From assembly GCF_036588685.1 (NCBI RefSeq), contig NC_086373.1:90520001-90584000 (forward strand): a stretch of DNA of 64,000 nt. Direction: 5' to 3'. Source of the DNA: Mytilus trossulus. Taxonomy: Eukaryota. This document shows, piece by piece, positions 1 through 13,637 of this stretch. Position 1 is the stretch's first letter. Each line of letters starts with the position of its first letter. Both the position numbers and the translations under genes were made by a program. The notes under the pieces were generated by a model, which was not told the origin of the DNA, ran no database searches, and saw nothing but the letters and a program-made list of their open reading frames with translations.

Positions 1-630
1 AGCACGTTTTAAAAGTAAGCATACATGTAATGAAACAACATTTGTGTGATACATTTTCCTTTTTTTTTTAAATTCTATATCCTTGAAAGGCAAAAAAAAA
101 TAATCAGTCTTTCAATAGTATACATGTACATTGTACCTGCAAATTTGATTTTTGTTAGGCCTTACATGATGTATGACATTTCTATTCTTTTAACATGGTT
201 AAGGAACTGAAAAAAGGCATATTTCTCTTTCTCTTTCTCATATTCAATGACTTTTTCCTACTCCCAACCTTTTTTTGTAAAATGTACAGAATGCAATTAG
301 TGTTATTGTGCCATCCACTATTAGTTTATCAGGTAAATGAGTATGCACCAATGTAAAGAATAAACTAAATGTTCTTATTATTTATCAATAGAGTCAACTG
401 GAAAGTATAGTAAAGAATTATTTGCAAAGTATAAAGATAAACTGCTAGAGATTGGAAAACAAGGTCCTGTGTTAGTTCATTGTGCCAGTGGAAAGAGAGT
501 TGGTAAGGTTTTTGCTTATAGACACTAACAAATTTTGATTACCTATCTTTGTCAATATCATAGTAAAAGTGACAATAATTTTTAAAAAAGTCCTGCTTTT
601 AGTGCTTAATATGATTAGGGTAATGCAGAT

Positions 631-760
631 AAAATTGAGAATGGAAATGGGGAATATGTCAAAGAGACAACAACCCGACCATAGAAAAAACAACAGCAGA
701 AGGTCACTAACAGGTTTTCAATGTAGCGAGAAATTCCTGCACCCGGAGGCAACGTTCAGC
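631..760 (+). repeat. Dispersed ~380-bp non-autonomous repeat family, partial copy
   Basis: Begins AAAATTGAGAATGGAAATGGGGAA; related copies at ~2076-2340, 8267-8645, 41934-42012, 43395-43500 (-), 53003-53380 (-) and 62200-62510 (-). Confidence 0.8.
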
Positions 761-798
761 AGGTATGCCTATGTCTGTATTTGTGTCAATTTATTCCA

Positions 799-1037
799 AA
801 AGAGGGACAAATGAAACTGGAAGGACAGTCAAACTCATACATGTAGATTGAAAATAAACTAACAACACCATGGATAAAAATTAAAAGACAAACAGACAAA
901 TAATAGTACAAAAGTCACAACATAGAAAACTAAAGACTAAAGCAACACGAACCCCACCCTGGGTTGATCTCAAGTCCACCGGAAGGGTAAGCAGATCCTG
1001 CTCCACATGTGGCACTCGTCATGTTGCTTTTGTTATT
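799..1037 (-). mobile_element. 3' terminal fragment of a Penelope-like retroelement
   Basis: Reverse complement of the GGGTGCCACATGT..AGCAGGATCTGCT..CCTTCCGGAGCACC tail that follows RT fragments at 52786 and 57745. Confidence 0.7.
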
Positions 1038-1410
1038 AAGTTTGTTCAAAAGTTTGCAATTAGGAATACACAATCCCTATATGTAATAAAACAATTCAAT
1101 GTAATAAACATCAAAATACAGATATAAAGGTGTTATTTTGCCTCACTTTACTTTTACAAAATAAAAAACAATAAAATGTACCATTTCATATTTATATCCC
1201 TTTATTAGGTATGTGTCTAGATGATAGATAAAAAAAGTGAATAAATAAAATATTTAATGAATGATTACAATAAGGCTAATAAAAACCATGTTGAGTTTGA
1301 TTTTTTCATTGTTTTTTTAAATTGTGTGCCATTTGTAATAACTATTTATTACGAAACTAATGATGTGGTCTAAAAAGAGACTAAAAGTAAATTTCAAGCA
1401 TATTTTTCAG

Positions 1411-1580
1411 CATTTATGGCAGTCCTCGCAGCAGCCTTACAACATGAGAAAGATTTTAAGTGGGCACTAAAAAGAATCAATGAACTAGGATTTGAAGTGA
1501 GTCGAACCAAGAACAGAGATGTTTATGAGATGTACTCTGCTTGGCTAAATCCAGATCATGGTAATAAAACAGAGTTATGA
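1411..1580 (+). CDS. Terminal coding exon of a DUF442-like protein, paralog A (upstream exons lie outside the window); C-terminus KTEL
   Basis: TTTTTCAG acceptor at 1403-1410, phase 1; translates (A)FMAVLAAALQHEKDFKWALKRINELGFEVSRTKNRDVYEMYSAWLNPDHGNKTEL*; clearly homologous to exon 39780-39928 (AFIGVLAAALQYNKDLPWALKRINELGF). Confidence 0.85.
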
Positions 1581-1743
1581 TGAAAAAAAGACTAACAATA
1601 CATTTTACATGTTTCTATTGCTCACATAACATATGACTTGTTACTGTTAAGTTTATTTTTATGTTTTTTTCATAAATGTCACCTCTAGGGAAGACTTCAT
1701 GACTTGATGATAGTACTTGAAGAATCATAAGCTTACCAAAAAA

Positions 1744-2024
1744 TTTTCATTTTTGTTCGACAAAGGACAGAGCCAATCTTTTTACTTTCTAGATATAAAA
1801 ATTTATAAATATAAATAACCCACCACATTATTAGTGCTATTTAAAATGTAACTAATAATATTATAACATATTTTAAAGAATTATTTTCATTTTTGTTGAC
1901 AAAGGACAGAGCCAATCTTTTTACTTTCTAGATATAAAAATTTATAAATATAAATAACCCACCACATTATTAGTGCTATTTAAAATGTAACTAATAATAT
2001 TATAACATATTTTAAAGAATTATT
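1744..2024. repeat. ~140-bp direct tandem duplication
   Basis: TTTTCATTTTTGTT..GACAAAGGACAGAGCC...AAGAATTA occurs twice and is nearly identical. Confidence 0.9.
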
Positions 2025-4100
2025 CCTAAGGAATGATACCTATTTGTTCAAGTAATTTAGGTAAAATGCTTGATTAAATTGAGAATGGAAATGGGATACG
2101 TGTTAAAGATACAACAACCCACCCAATCAGCAGAAAGTAGCACAAGGCCACCAATGGGTCTTAGTGTACCGGTAAACATATTTGATTAAATAAATTCATA
2201 TTAAATAATGTACACAATTTGGCATTTACATTTCAATACAATTAAATAATAAATAGGATCCGGAAACAAGCTGTCAACTTGTATTAAACCATTTCTCACC
2301 AATGGGTCTTCAACACAGCAAGATATCCTCCATCTGGACGTGGGATTGAAAACATGTTTTAAACAACATGCACAATCTCTAAATCGTCAAAGGTTTTGTA
2401 ATTCCACTCTATTAATATTTTTGTTTTCTAAAAAATGTATTTAAAACTATTTAAAGAGAGATAACTGTGGTAAAAAATTTGTTTGTGATAAATATTTAAA
2501 TATTTGTTTCTACTGATAATATTTGAAGAAGAAATTCACAGCATTTATTCAGTTATGTATTAATATGCATTATGCAATAAATATGTTATCAAAATGTAAG
2601 TTGTTACTGTATGCCATTTATGTCACAGAAAGTAAAATATATGAATCTGATAAAACATAAAAATCTCAGAAAGTTCTCCACTGCCAAGTGTTTGATATCA
2701 ATTTTTCAATTTCTCCACAAACTTGTAAATTTTGCATTTATAAACCAAAGCAAAACATGCCAGTATTTACATGATAAGATCACATGTTATGTAAATTTTC
2801 TTTGTATGAAAGACTTAAATGAGGAGCAATTTAATATACATGTAGTTTTAAATTCAATTCTGTGATGAAATATTTTTTTGTAGCATTTCTATTTTTATAC
2901 CCGTCACAAATTGTACTTGAAGTTTTAGGTTTTCCCCCTTTTACCTACATGTACATCTGTTCAGAAATCCATTTTTTACTCCACGACTGCAATTCTCTTA
3001 TATGGTATACTATTGCTATTAGTGTTGCATTGAATTTACATTTTATTCTTTAAGGTTTGTATATCTATGTGCCATATGAATCCTGCTCAAATTTGTCAAT
3101 CTTACTGTTATTATTACACATTTCAGTATCTACTAGTTATGTAAATTGTCATGTTTATGTTCATTGATATGTCAGATTGTGTAACTTGTCATATCAGATT
3201 ATTTCATTAGAAAACTTTTGCATACTTTTTTATAGATGTGACCAATTGTAAAAAAGTATGAAAGTATCAGTTTGTACCATATATGTACAATTAAAATGAC
3301 AACTTTTACATTGAACTGTATACAGAGGGCTATAAACTGAAATTACAAGTAATCCACAAGGCCATTAATAATATAGGAACTGCTTTATTTATTAAGATGT
3401 CTGTGTGCATGGTTGTAAGGTTTTTGTAAGTTGTGACTCCATTATTTTTGTTAATTTGAAAGATTGACCAGTGACTCTGTTAAGTTCAGTATTGACTGAT
3501 CTGATGACCACCTAGAAAATCTAAAAGGCTTATTTTACATTGGTGGTCTTGTAATGTTTTCAAATATAGTCATGATAGTGGTCCCGAACATGTGGTTTAA
3601 GAAAACCAACTTATTTTGAAAATTATACCTTTTTTGAAAATTCAATTAATTGCTGCTGAAACATCCAAAATTAAGTTCAAAGAAGTAACCCTTTAATATA
3701 GTGATTCAGATTTTAGAAATTCAACTGTCTCAATATAAATAACATTTTATTTGACCATGGTCACTAGACAAAAGATAAACAGATTAAAACATAATGAATT
3801 ATCATTGTTATGAAATTATAGATCATACATCTATTTATTTTGATTGTAATAAGGAAATGATATTATTATATTTATAACAAGGAATTAGTGTTTTATTGCC
3901 TGTATTGTTATTACATGTTTAAATTGTATTTAGACATTTAGTTTGTATTACTGAAAAATTTACTTTCAAACATTCCAAAAACAGGTATCTTTGTTTTCCA
4001 AAATTTCTTCAACTATCAGATTTCAATTTGACCTGAAATCTGTCTGTCTGTTTATACCATGTGTATTTCTTTCTACATTTTTTAAGTGACATTTCTATTT

Positions 4101-5970
4101 TTAGCTCACCTGGCCTAAAAGGCCATGTGAGCTTTTCTCATCACTTGGCGTCCGTTGTCGTCGTCGTCTGTCGTCGTTAACAATTTTTCAAACATCTTCT
4201 CCTCTGAAACTACTGAATGGATTTGAATGAAACTTAATAAGATTGTTCCTTAGTATATCCTGCACAAAATGTGCGCTTCGATTTTTGATCCGTCAAAAAA
4301 CATGGCCGCCGTTACTAAAAACAGAACATAGGGGTCAAATGCAGTTTTTGGCTTATATCTCAAAAACGAAAGCATATAGAGCAAATCTGACATGAGGTTA
4401 AAATGTTCATTAGGTCAAGATCTATCAGCCCTGAAATTTTCAGATGAATCAAACAAACCATTATTGGGTTGCTGCCACTTAATTGGTAATTTTAAGGAAA
4501 TTTTGCAGTTTTTGATCATTATCTTGAATATTATTATAGATAAAAATAAACTGTAAACAGCAAAAATGATCAGCAAAGTAAGATCTACAAATAAGTGAAT
4601 ATGACCAAAATTGTCAATTGACCCCTTAAGGGGTTATTGTCCTGTAATGACAATTTTTCACAATTTGTTCATCATATTTGCTAACTTTAAAAAATCTTCT
4701 TCTCTGAAACTACTGAATGGATTTGGTTAAAACTTAACACGATTGTTCCTTAGATTATCTTGCACAAAGTGTGTGCTTTGATTTTTGATCCGTCAAAAAA
4801 TATGGCTGCCGTTACTTAAAATAGAACATAGGGGTCAAATGCAGTTTTTGGCTTATATCTCAAAAACGAAAGCATTTAGAGCAAATCTGACATGGAGTAA
4901 AAATGTTCATTAGGTCAATATCTATCAGCCCTGAAATTTTCAGATGAATCAAACAACCAATTGTTGGGTTGCTGCCACTTAATTGGTAATTTTAAGGAAA
5001 TTTTGCAGTTTTTGGTCATTATCTTGAATATTATTATAGATAAAGATAAACTGTAAACAGCAAAAATGATCAGCAAAGTAAGATCTACAAATCAGTTAAT
5101 ATGACCAAAATTGTCAATTGACCCCTTAAGGGGTTATTGTCCTTTAATGACAATTTTTAATTGTGCTTCATATTTGCTAACTTTAAAAAATCTTCTCCTC
5201 TAAAACTACTCAACTAAATTCAACCAAACTTCAACTGAATGATCAGTAGGGTGTATAAAATAAAGTTTGTGCTTTATTTTTTATTTCGTCAAAAAACATG
5301 GCCGTCATGGCTAAAAATAGATCACAGGGTAAAATGCAGTTTTTGGCTTATATCTCAAAAACTCCAGCATTTAGAGCAAACAAGACAAGATGTTAAAGTA
5401 TTTATTAGGTCAAGGTCTACCTGTCCTGAAATTTTCAACCGAATTGGGTTACTGGTTTTTCAGGTATAATGCCCCTGAATTGATGATTTTAAAGAAATTT
5501 TGCAGTTTTTGGTTATTATCTTGAATACTATTATAGATACAGATAAACTGTTAATAGCAAAAGTTAAGCAAAATAAGATCTACAAATAAGTCAATTTGAC
5601 CAAAATTGTCAATTGACCTCTTAAGGAGTTATTGCCCTTTAAAGACTTTTTTCACAATTTGTTCATCATGTTGACTTACTTTTAAAAATCTTCTCCTTTG
5701 AAACTGCTGTATCAATTTCAGCCAAACTTAGGCTAAATGAGTTTCAGAGTATCTAGTATAAATTTTATATTTCATTTCCTTGTATGTCAAGAAACATAGC
5801 TCCTATGGCTAAAATAGAACAATGGAGAAAATGATTTTTTTTTTGCTTTTGAAGAAAATAGGACGATTCAAAGAACATTTAAATAAATTGAAAAGCCAAA
5901 ATAATCATTGATGAGAGATTTAACCAAAAAAATTAAGGTGAGTGATTCAGGCTCTTGAGAGCCTCTTGTT
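4101..5970 (+). mobile_element. Helentron-associated non-autonomous element (HINE-type) with ~500-bp internal tandem repeats
   Basis: 5' subTIR AGCTCACCT with inverted GTGAGC, then a (GTC)n microsatellite; ~3.3 units starting AAATCTTCTCCTCTGAAACTACT at ~4190, 4690, 5186 and 5685; 3' AGGTGAGT plus palindrome GGCTCTTGAGAGCC; T-rich insertion site. Confidence 0.85.
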
Positions 5971-7904
5971 TAAGTAGCGATCAGTAGACATGAAAGGGTT
6001 ATCAAAGATGATGTTTTTTGTATCGATGATTAGTATTTTTTAAAATTATATTTATAGATACTTTCTTTCTTATATTGGTTATAAATCTTTAGTAGGTTGT
6101 TTTTAAATCTTGGTATGATCTGGTGTCAATTTGAAATTAATTCAAGACAAAGATCATTATCATGTAGATCTATATTTATTCTTGTTGCAAAGAGTAGTCA
6201 TATATTTTTTCATATTTATAAGATATGTTTAGCAAATCAGTGTATTGTCCTTTTGGTTAAGGGTATTTGAGTTGCTAGCATCATTTATATTACATCTAAG
6301 CTCTGGACATTTCTGTTGATATTACTAACCATAACGATTTTTGGGGGGTGAAAAGAGCCCCTGTATCTCAGATGAATGTATTATGATTTATTATGAAATA
6401 ATGATGTCTTCCCAATTGTTCAAACTCACATGATATATTTATTCATTATTGTTTTAAAATATTCTCAGCAATTATTACATGATGATAAAAATTATTGAAA
6501 TTTAAGCACTTTTTACTTTATTGTGCACAAGCTTGATCAGAAAATATTACCACATCTCAAATTTTGAATGATAATTCAAGCATCATTTACATATTAAAAA
6601 GCCCAAATGAGAATAAAGATGATCTTTTATTAAGACTACTTTATTAACCATTGCAATGTGTTTTCAACTTAATGTATGTAGCACATTATAAATCATCTAA
6701 TCTTCTTGAACCAGTTATTTGAAAAGATTGTTAATTGATGTTGGGATTCATTGCAGTAAGCTCATTAGATTTTTTTCTCATAAAAAATATTGAAAAAAAT
6801 CACATTTGTCTTTCCATAGAAATGAGAATTCAATAAGGAAAAAATTGTTATTATTTTTTTCATTGAAAGGGTACTGGCACATCATTTATTACTGACATAT
6901 TTGTTTAAAAGTATTTTCACTGATTATTTAAGAGCTTTAAATGACATAAAATGTTGCTGTTGATTATAATGAATACCAATGTTTATACATGCTGTTATGT
7001 TATCTATTTTCTGTTCTACAAATCTATTGACATTCTCAGTCATTTTATCTATAATTTTCTTAATTTGTTTAATTATATACTTATTATGAAAATAAAGAAT
7101 ACATTTCATTAAAATTCCTATTATATGCAAATTCTGTTCATTTACTAAATTTGTTAAAACAAATTTTACAACCCTTTACTGTTGTTCTTATTATGCTAAG
7201 GAGGAGTGGTATGGTTGCTAATGAGACATTTATCCACATGAGATCATAAGACAGGGATGTTAGTGTCAGACTAACATTACATACTCACAGGATTGCAAAC
7301 CAGAAAACATAAAATAGACCTAATAAAACTTGCTGTAATCAAGCTTACATATTAATGTTTTTCTCAATGCAGTTATAAAAGATCATAAAACATGTTACCC
7401 TGAAAGTAAAAATGTTTTATCCTATTATAACGAACTTCACTTTGGTTTTATTGTCTCTATTGTGATGAAAGTGGCAGAATGCGAGACATAAGGATTACAA
7501 TCTGGCAGCATTAACTTTACAGCCAACTATACAGTGTGGGTAATTCTCATTATTGAAGGTCGAAGCGTTGCCTATATAGCTCACATCCACTTCATTTGAA
7601 CTCTGGGTGGATAGTTGTTTCATTGGAAGTCATACCACATCACCTTATTACTATGAAGTAGACAGCAACCAATGACCACCGCTGAAATTCAGGTAAGGCC
7701 CCTTACTTGGGACAGATATATTCAGAATGTCGTAGGGTTCAACCAGTTTGGAGTGATTAACCCTATACTGGGACACAGGACTAACAAGACAAGATAAAAC
7801 AATACAAACCAATTTAAACGAGGCAGGTGATACCAAGGGAAAAACTGAGTGGCAAAAACACAGAAGTGGATGAAAAGGCAAACAAGTTTACTAAACACTT
7901 CTTA

Positions 7905-9195
7905 GACCAGAGTGCACACGCACGCTGAAATGTCTCACCTTCTTTGCAAACAATTGATTTTATGTTGATAGTCCTAAATATAAAACTTTACTACAAGTAC
8001 CACATAAACTTTATACTAGACCTATTGCTTATAATTTCTATGAAACAGCCTTACCCAAGAAAACTAAACATTGACCAATGAACCATTAAAATAAGGTCAC
8101 AGTCAGATAAACCATGCCAATGCCAGACAGACATGTTCACCTTGCAATCATTCTTCATTACATATAATTGACCTATTGCTTATAGCATCTAAGAAACACA
8201 CTTAACATTGACCAATAAACCATAAAAACTGAGGTCAAGGTCAAATGATACCTGCTAGACAGACATAAAATTGAGAATGCAAATGGGGAATGTGTCAAAG
8301 AGAACAACCATAAGTAGAAAAAAAGCAACAGCAGAAGGTCACCAACAGGTCTTCAATGTAGCGAGAAATTCCCGCACCCGGAGGCGTCCTTCAACAAATA
8401 TATACTAGTTCAGTGATAATGAACGCCATACTTATTTCCAAATTGTACACAAGAAACTAAAATTAAAAGAATACAAGACTAACAAAGACCAGAGGCTCCT
8501 GACTTGGGACAGGCGCAATAATGCGGCGGAGTTAAACATGTTTGTGAGATCTCAACCCTCCCCCTATACCTCTAGCCAATGTAGAAAAGTAAACGCATAA
8601 CAATACGCACATTAAAATTTAGTTCAAGAGAAGTCCGAGTCTGATGTGATACCTTAAAATTCTTCCATATAACAAATATAGTTGACCTTTTGCTAATATA
8701 TTGCAAAAACTTTTAAAACACTGAGCAATGAACCGTGAAAATAAGGCAACGGTCAAATAAAATATCTAAGACTGACTTGTACATAATAAAACCTTTCCAA
8801 ACATCAAATATACTTGACCTATTTGAAAAAAAAGACAAAAACTCAAAAACTGTAAAAATGACCACTAAACCATGAAAATGAGGTCAAGATCACATGACAC
8901 CTGACAGTTGGACATTTACATCTTTTAAAAATCATTCCATACACCAAATATAAAAGACCTTTTTAAAAATTGCTTCTAGTATCTGATATGCGGACTTGAT
9001 CACGAAAACTTAACCTTGTTCACTGATCTATAAAATGAGGTAGATGTCAAATGAAAACTGTGTGACGGTCATGAGCACCTTGCAAGGTACGCACCAACAA
9101 ATTCTAAATATAGGTATCATTTTACTCATAATAAGAAAGGAATTTACACTGAGAAAAAAAAATCTTAACTTTTTTTCAAATAGTTACTGAACCAC
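7905..9195 (-). mobile_element. Degenerate HINE-type element, same family as 12428-13637, interrupted by a dispersed repeat at 8267-8645
   Basis: Shares AGAGTGCACAC..GCTGAAATGTCTC and tandem AACCATGAAAATGAGGTCAAGGTCA units with the 12.4-13.6 kb copy. Confidence 0.7.
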
Positions 9196-9534
9196 TAAGT
9201 TGTCAAAATTCTAGCACACACAAGTTTTTAACTACAATGTAAGTCATCATTTAACATTTAAAAAATGAATAGGACCTTCCTATTATGGATACTGCATATT
9301 TTTTTTTACAAAATCAGAAATAAAATTGATTTATGAACGACAAAGATAATTGTCTTGACGGACGACATGAAAGTACAGACAGACAAAGAGCCCAAATTAT
9401 GATACTATACAGTTTTCATAATATTTTTTTAAGACAAGTTGAAAAGTTAAATATTGTTCACAAATACTTCATGCGTTTTTTAATCACAAATCCAGATGTT
9501 TGAACATAACGTTACATTATTAGGTAGTTGTTTT

Positions 9535-9705
9535 TATGGAACGCCATAACTGCCTTATGTTCATGATCAGCATTATATGCAGTGCTCACAATATTATACG
9601 CAGTGGTGCAAACATTATATGCAGTGCTCACAATATTATACGCAGTGGTCACAACATTATATGAAGTGCTCACAACATTATATTAAGTGCTCACAACATT
9701 ATACG
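9535..9705 (+). mobile_element. Solo TIR (TATGGAACGCCATA) followed by 21-bp subterminal tandem repeats
   Basis: Terminus matches the 14341 element; about 6 copies of CATTATATGCAGTGCTCACAA. Confidence 0.65.
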
Positions 9706-10606
9706 TTTTTTTATGATAAAAGTGATGATGATGTTTTATGTATGATGAGATTGATGTATGATGAGATGGCCGAATATTATATAGCAAAAGATGGGTTGTT
9801 CTTCCTGTTTGTCTGAGATCAGACCGTCTTGATGTGATGTTCACTTTTACTTTGACTTGTTATTAGTGTGTACGACAGTTTTGATGTTAGTCATTATGTT
9901 ATCTGTTTCTTCGACTTATATTTTGGAGTTTTTTTCCCTTTGGTTCGTCTTCCTTTTTCATCTATGATGAAGATGCACAGATTGTCAAAAGTTCGATGAT
10001 AACATGCACTCACATGAACAGATACTAAACAAAATTAGAATATAGAGAAAATAAAAAAAAATCTAAATTTGAAAACAACGTTCATAAGTACGTCTGAACC
10101 AGTGAAAACTCTACGACAGATTTTATCCATAAGATCACCAGTGATTGGGATACAAGGCTGAAAATACATCATCAGTCTTTATTTTACTTATACTTTAGTT
10201 AAAGTTTTAGAGATTCCTCAAAATGTAGTTTAATTTTTGGAAAAAATATAATTTTTCCCAATAAAAACATATTACAAACTGATTTATTTGGACTTTTGTG
10301 ATTAAATTAGAATAACGCGAATATTAAAAACGTCAATCTGTGTTTATAAAAATAATCCACCCAACAAAGCCGTCAAACCACATGAAGGGCGAGACCGTGA
10401 CCAATAATGTCTGCTTTAATATGTTTGATTACATGACATACAATAATGCCAACAACTGATCTAACATTTTCAAGTTAGTTACAATTCATTGTTACCATAT
10501 ATATCCTGATATTGTACATGTATAACCTTTCAATATGTCAATTCTCAATCATTGTATGACAGACGACATTCAGGAATTAATCTACTACTGTAATAGTTTT
10601 CTGCTA

Positions 10607-11062
10607 AACTGTCATTCCGAACCAATCTTATACGTCGTCGATACTGTCAATGTACGCTAGCCGGGATACAGTCTAGTTTTTCGAACACCCTTATAAGCCG
10701 TGAGACAGGGCCTCAGTGTTCTGAAACCCTTATAAGCGGTGAGACAGGTTTTTTTTTCCTGATGACCTGTCAGCCTGACCCAATCTTACATGTCGTCGAT
10801 ACTGTCAATATAGCTAACAGTGAACCAGGGCATCAGGGTAGTTTTCGGATGACCTGTCATCCTGACCCAATCGTCCATGTTGTCGATACTGTCAGTAATA
10901 GCTGAGGACACCAGGCTAGTTTTCTGAACACCCTTATAAGCCGTGAGACTGCAGGGCCATAGTCTAGTTTTCTGATGACCTGTCATCTTGATCCAATCTA
11001 TACTGTAAGTGTTAGCTAGCAGTAAGACACGACACCAGGCTATGCTTCTGAACACCCTTATT
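10607..11062. repeat. Two-module degenerate tandem repeat
   Basis: Module A, GATGACCTGTCATCCTGACCCAATC..GTCGATACTGTCA (x4), and module B, GAACACCCTTATAAGCCGTGAGAC (x4), in irregular order. Confidence 0.75.
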
Positions 11063-11392
11063 CAGATATATTATGTGGAACACCGATCATAGAATTTTAA
11101 TGTAAACCCATGGGCAAGTAAAGTACGTGGGGCTCTAAACTTCATCAATTATGCAAGTTTATATGTTACTTTTGGTAAAATAACACCAGCAAATTACGTT
11201 ATAAGATCATGCCTACTTTTGTTCTTGATACTGATTGATTGAATTATGTTATACAGATACAATGGGATAAGCGTGGATTCTTGAAACCATGAGCCCAGAT
11301 TGTAAATCAGAATTAAAACTCAATGTAACTTGTCAACAATTTGTTACTAGAAAAAAAACCGTAATTACACATGGTTTGTTTCTTCGGATAGA

Positions 11393-12336
11393 CACATAGA
11401 CCATAACAACTACTGGTAACAGTTTTAACATCACAGAGACCATATCAACTACTGGAAACAGTTTTAACATCACAGAGACCATATCAACTACTGGTAACAG
11501 TTTTAACATCACGGAGACCATATCAACTACTGGTAACAGTTTTAACATCACAGAGACCATATCAACTACTGGTAACAGTTTTAACATCACGGAGACCATA
11601 TCAACTACTGGTAACAGTTTTAACATCACAGAGACCATATCAACTACTGTAACAGTTTTAACATCACAGAGACCAAATCAACTACTGGTAACAGTTTTAA
11701 CATCACAGAGACCATATCAACTACTGGTAACAGTTTTAACATCACAGAGACCATATCAACTACTGGTAACAGTTTTAACATCACAGAGACCATATCAACT
11801 ACTGGTAACAGTTTTAACATCTGACACAGAGACCATATCAACTACTGGTAACAGTTTTAACATCACGGAGACCATATCAACTACTGGTAACAGTTTAAAC
11901 ATCACAGAGACCATATCAACTACTGGTAACAGTTTTAACATCACAGAGACCATATCAACTACTGGTAACAGTTTTAACATCTGACACAGAGACCATATCA
12001 ACTACTGGTAACAGTTTTAACATCACGGAGACCATATCAACTACTGGTAACAGTTTTAACATCACAGAGACCATATCAACTACTGGTAACAGTTTTAACA
12101 TCACAGAGACCATAACAACTACTGGTAACAGTTTTAACATCACAGAGACCATACGAACTACTGGTAACAGTTTTAACATCACAGAGACCATATCAACTAC
12201 TGGTAACAGTTTTAACATCACAGAGACCATATCAACTACTGGTAACAGTTTTAACATCACAGAGACCATATCAACTACTGGTAACAGTTTTAACATCACA
12301 GAGACCATATCAACTACTGGTAAAAGTTTTAACATC
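11393..12336. repeat. 39-bp minisatellite, about 24 copies
   Basis: Unit AACAGTTTTAACATCACAGAGACCATATCAACTACTGGT, with -1 and +4 (CTGA) variant units. Confidence 0.95.
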
Positions 12337-12427
12337 TTTTTCAGTCGTCGACTAACTAAAGGTTTATGAATTGACAATACAGCCAAAGTTACATAATAAA
12401 AATACAAATTGTACAAGTGTTATTGGA

Positions 12428-13637
12428 AACAAGCTAGAGTGCACACACTGAAATGTCTCGCCTTGTTTACTAATCATTGATATTATGTTGATATTCCTAA
12501 AATATAAAGCTTTATTACAACTGTTACATAAACTTAACATAAACAAAGAAAATTATACATTGACCTTTGAACCATGAAAATTAGGTCAAGGTCAGATGAA
12601 CCATGCCACGCAGGTATGAACAGCTAACAATGCGTATAGTTTAAGAAAAAGTGACCACAAAACAGAAAAACTTAACACTGAGGAAAGAACCGTGAAATGA
12701 GGTCAAGGTCAAATAACAACTGCGTGACTGACATATAGACAATTTCGCTCTCCTTTTTTTCCTAGAGACGTTCAGATTTCTGTCAACAACAAAAAATAAC
12801 ATCGGAAATGTGGTATCGGGGAAACAAGAAAGAGGTTTTGGAAAAAGAGAATATGTTAAGTATTCTAAAAAAAAAAGAAAACCAAACGTCTTTCTCTTGC
12901 ACTCAAAATACACCAAATATAGTTGACCTATTGTATATTGCATTAGAAAAAAGACCAAAACTAAAAAACTAAACTTTTGACCACTGAACCATGAAAATGA
13001 GGTCAAGGTCAGATGACACCTGCCAGCTAGACATGAACACCTTACAATCATTCCATACACCAAATATAGTGTAGACCTATTGCATACAGTATAAGAAAAA
13101 CAGACCAAAACACAAACACTTAACTATAACCACTGAACCATGAAAATGTGGTCAAAGTCAGGTGACACCGGCCAGTTGGACATGTTCACCTTACAGTGCT
13201 TCCATACACCAAATATACTAGACCCATTGCTTATAGTATCCGAGATTTGGACTTGACCACCAAAACTTAACCTTGTTCACTGATCCATGAAATAAGGTTG
13301 AGGTCAAGTGAAAACTGGCTGACAGGCATGATGACCTTGCAAGGTACGCCACAACCCAAATATTGTTATCCTATTACTTATTATAAGAGAGAATTTAACA
13401 TTACAAACAATGTTAACTTTTTTTTCAAGTACTCACTGAACCATGCACATAAGGTCAAGGACATTGGACATGTGACTGACGGAAACTTCGTAACATCCAT
13501 ATACAAAGTATAAAGCATCAAGGTCTTCCACCTTCTAAAATATAAAGCTTTAAACAAGTAAGCTAACACCGCCGCCGCCGCCGGATTGTCCCTATGTCGA
13601 GCTTTTTGCGACAAAAATAGCAGGCTCGACAAAAAAA
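12428..13637 (-). mobile_element. HINE/Helentron-type non-autonomous element with internal tandem repeats
   Basis: Minus strand starts TTTTTGTCGAGCCTGC...AGCTCGACA, then a (GGC)n microsatellite and ~150-bp ACCATGAAAATGAGGTCAAGGTCA units; a related 5' end lies at 51322-51380. Confidence 0.8.

Noticed and set aside
11333-12416. ORFs of (MVSVMLKLLPVVD)n, and a mucin-like plus-strand reading (NSFNITETISTTG)n
   Set aside because: A 39-bp minisatellite with frame-breaking -1 and +4 units and no convincing splice context; it is not a CRISPR array because there are no unique spacers
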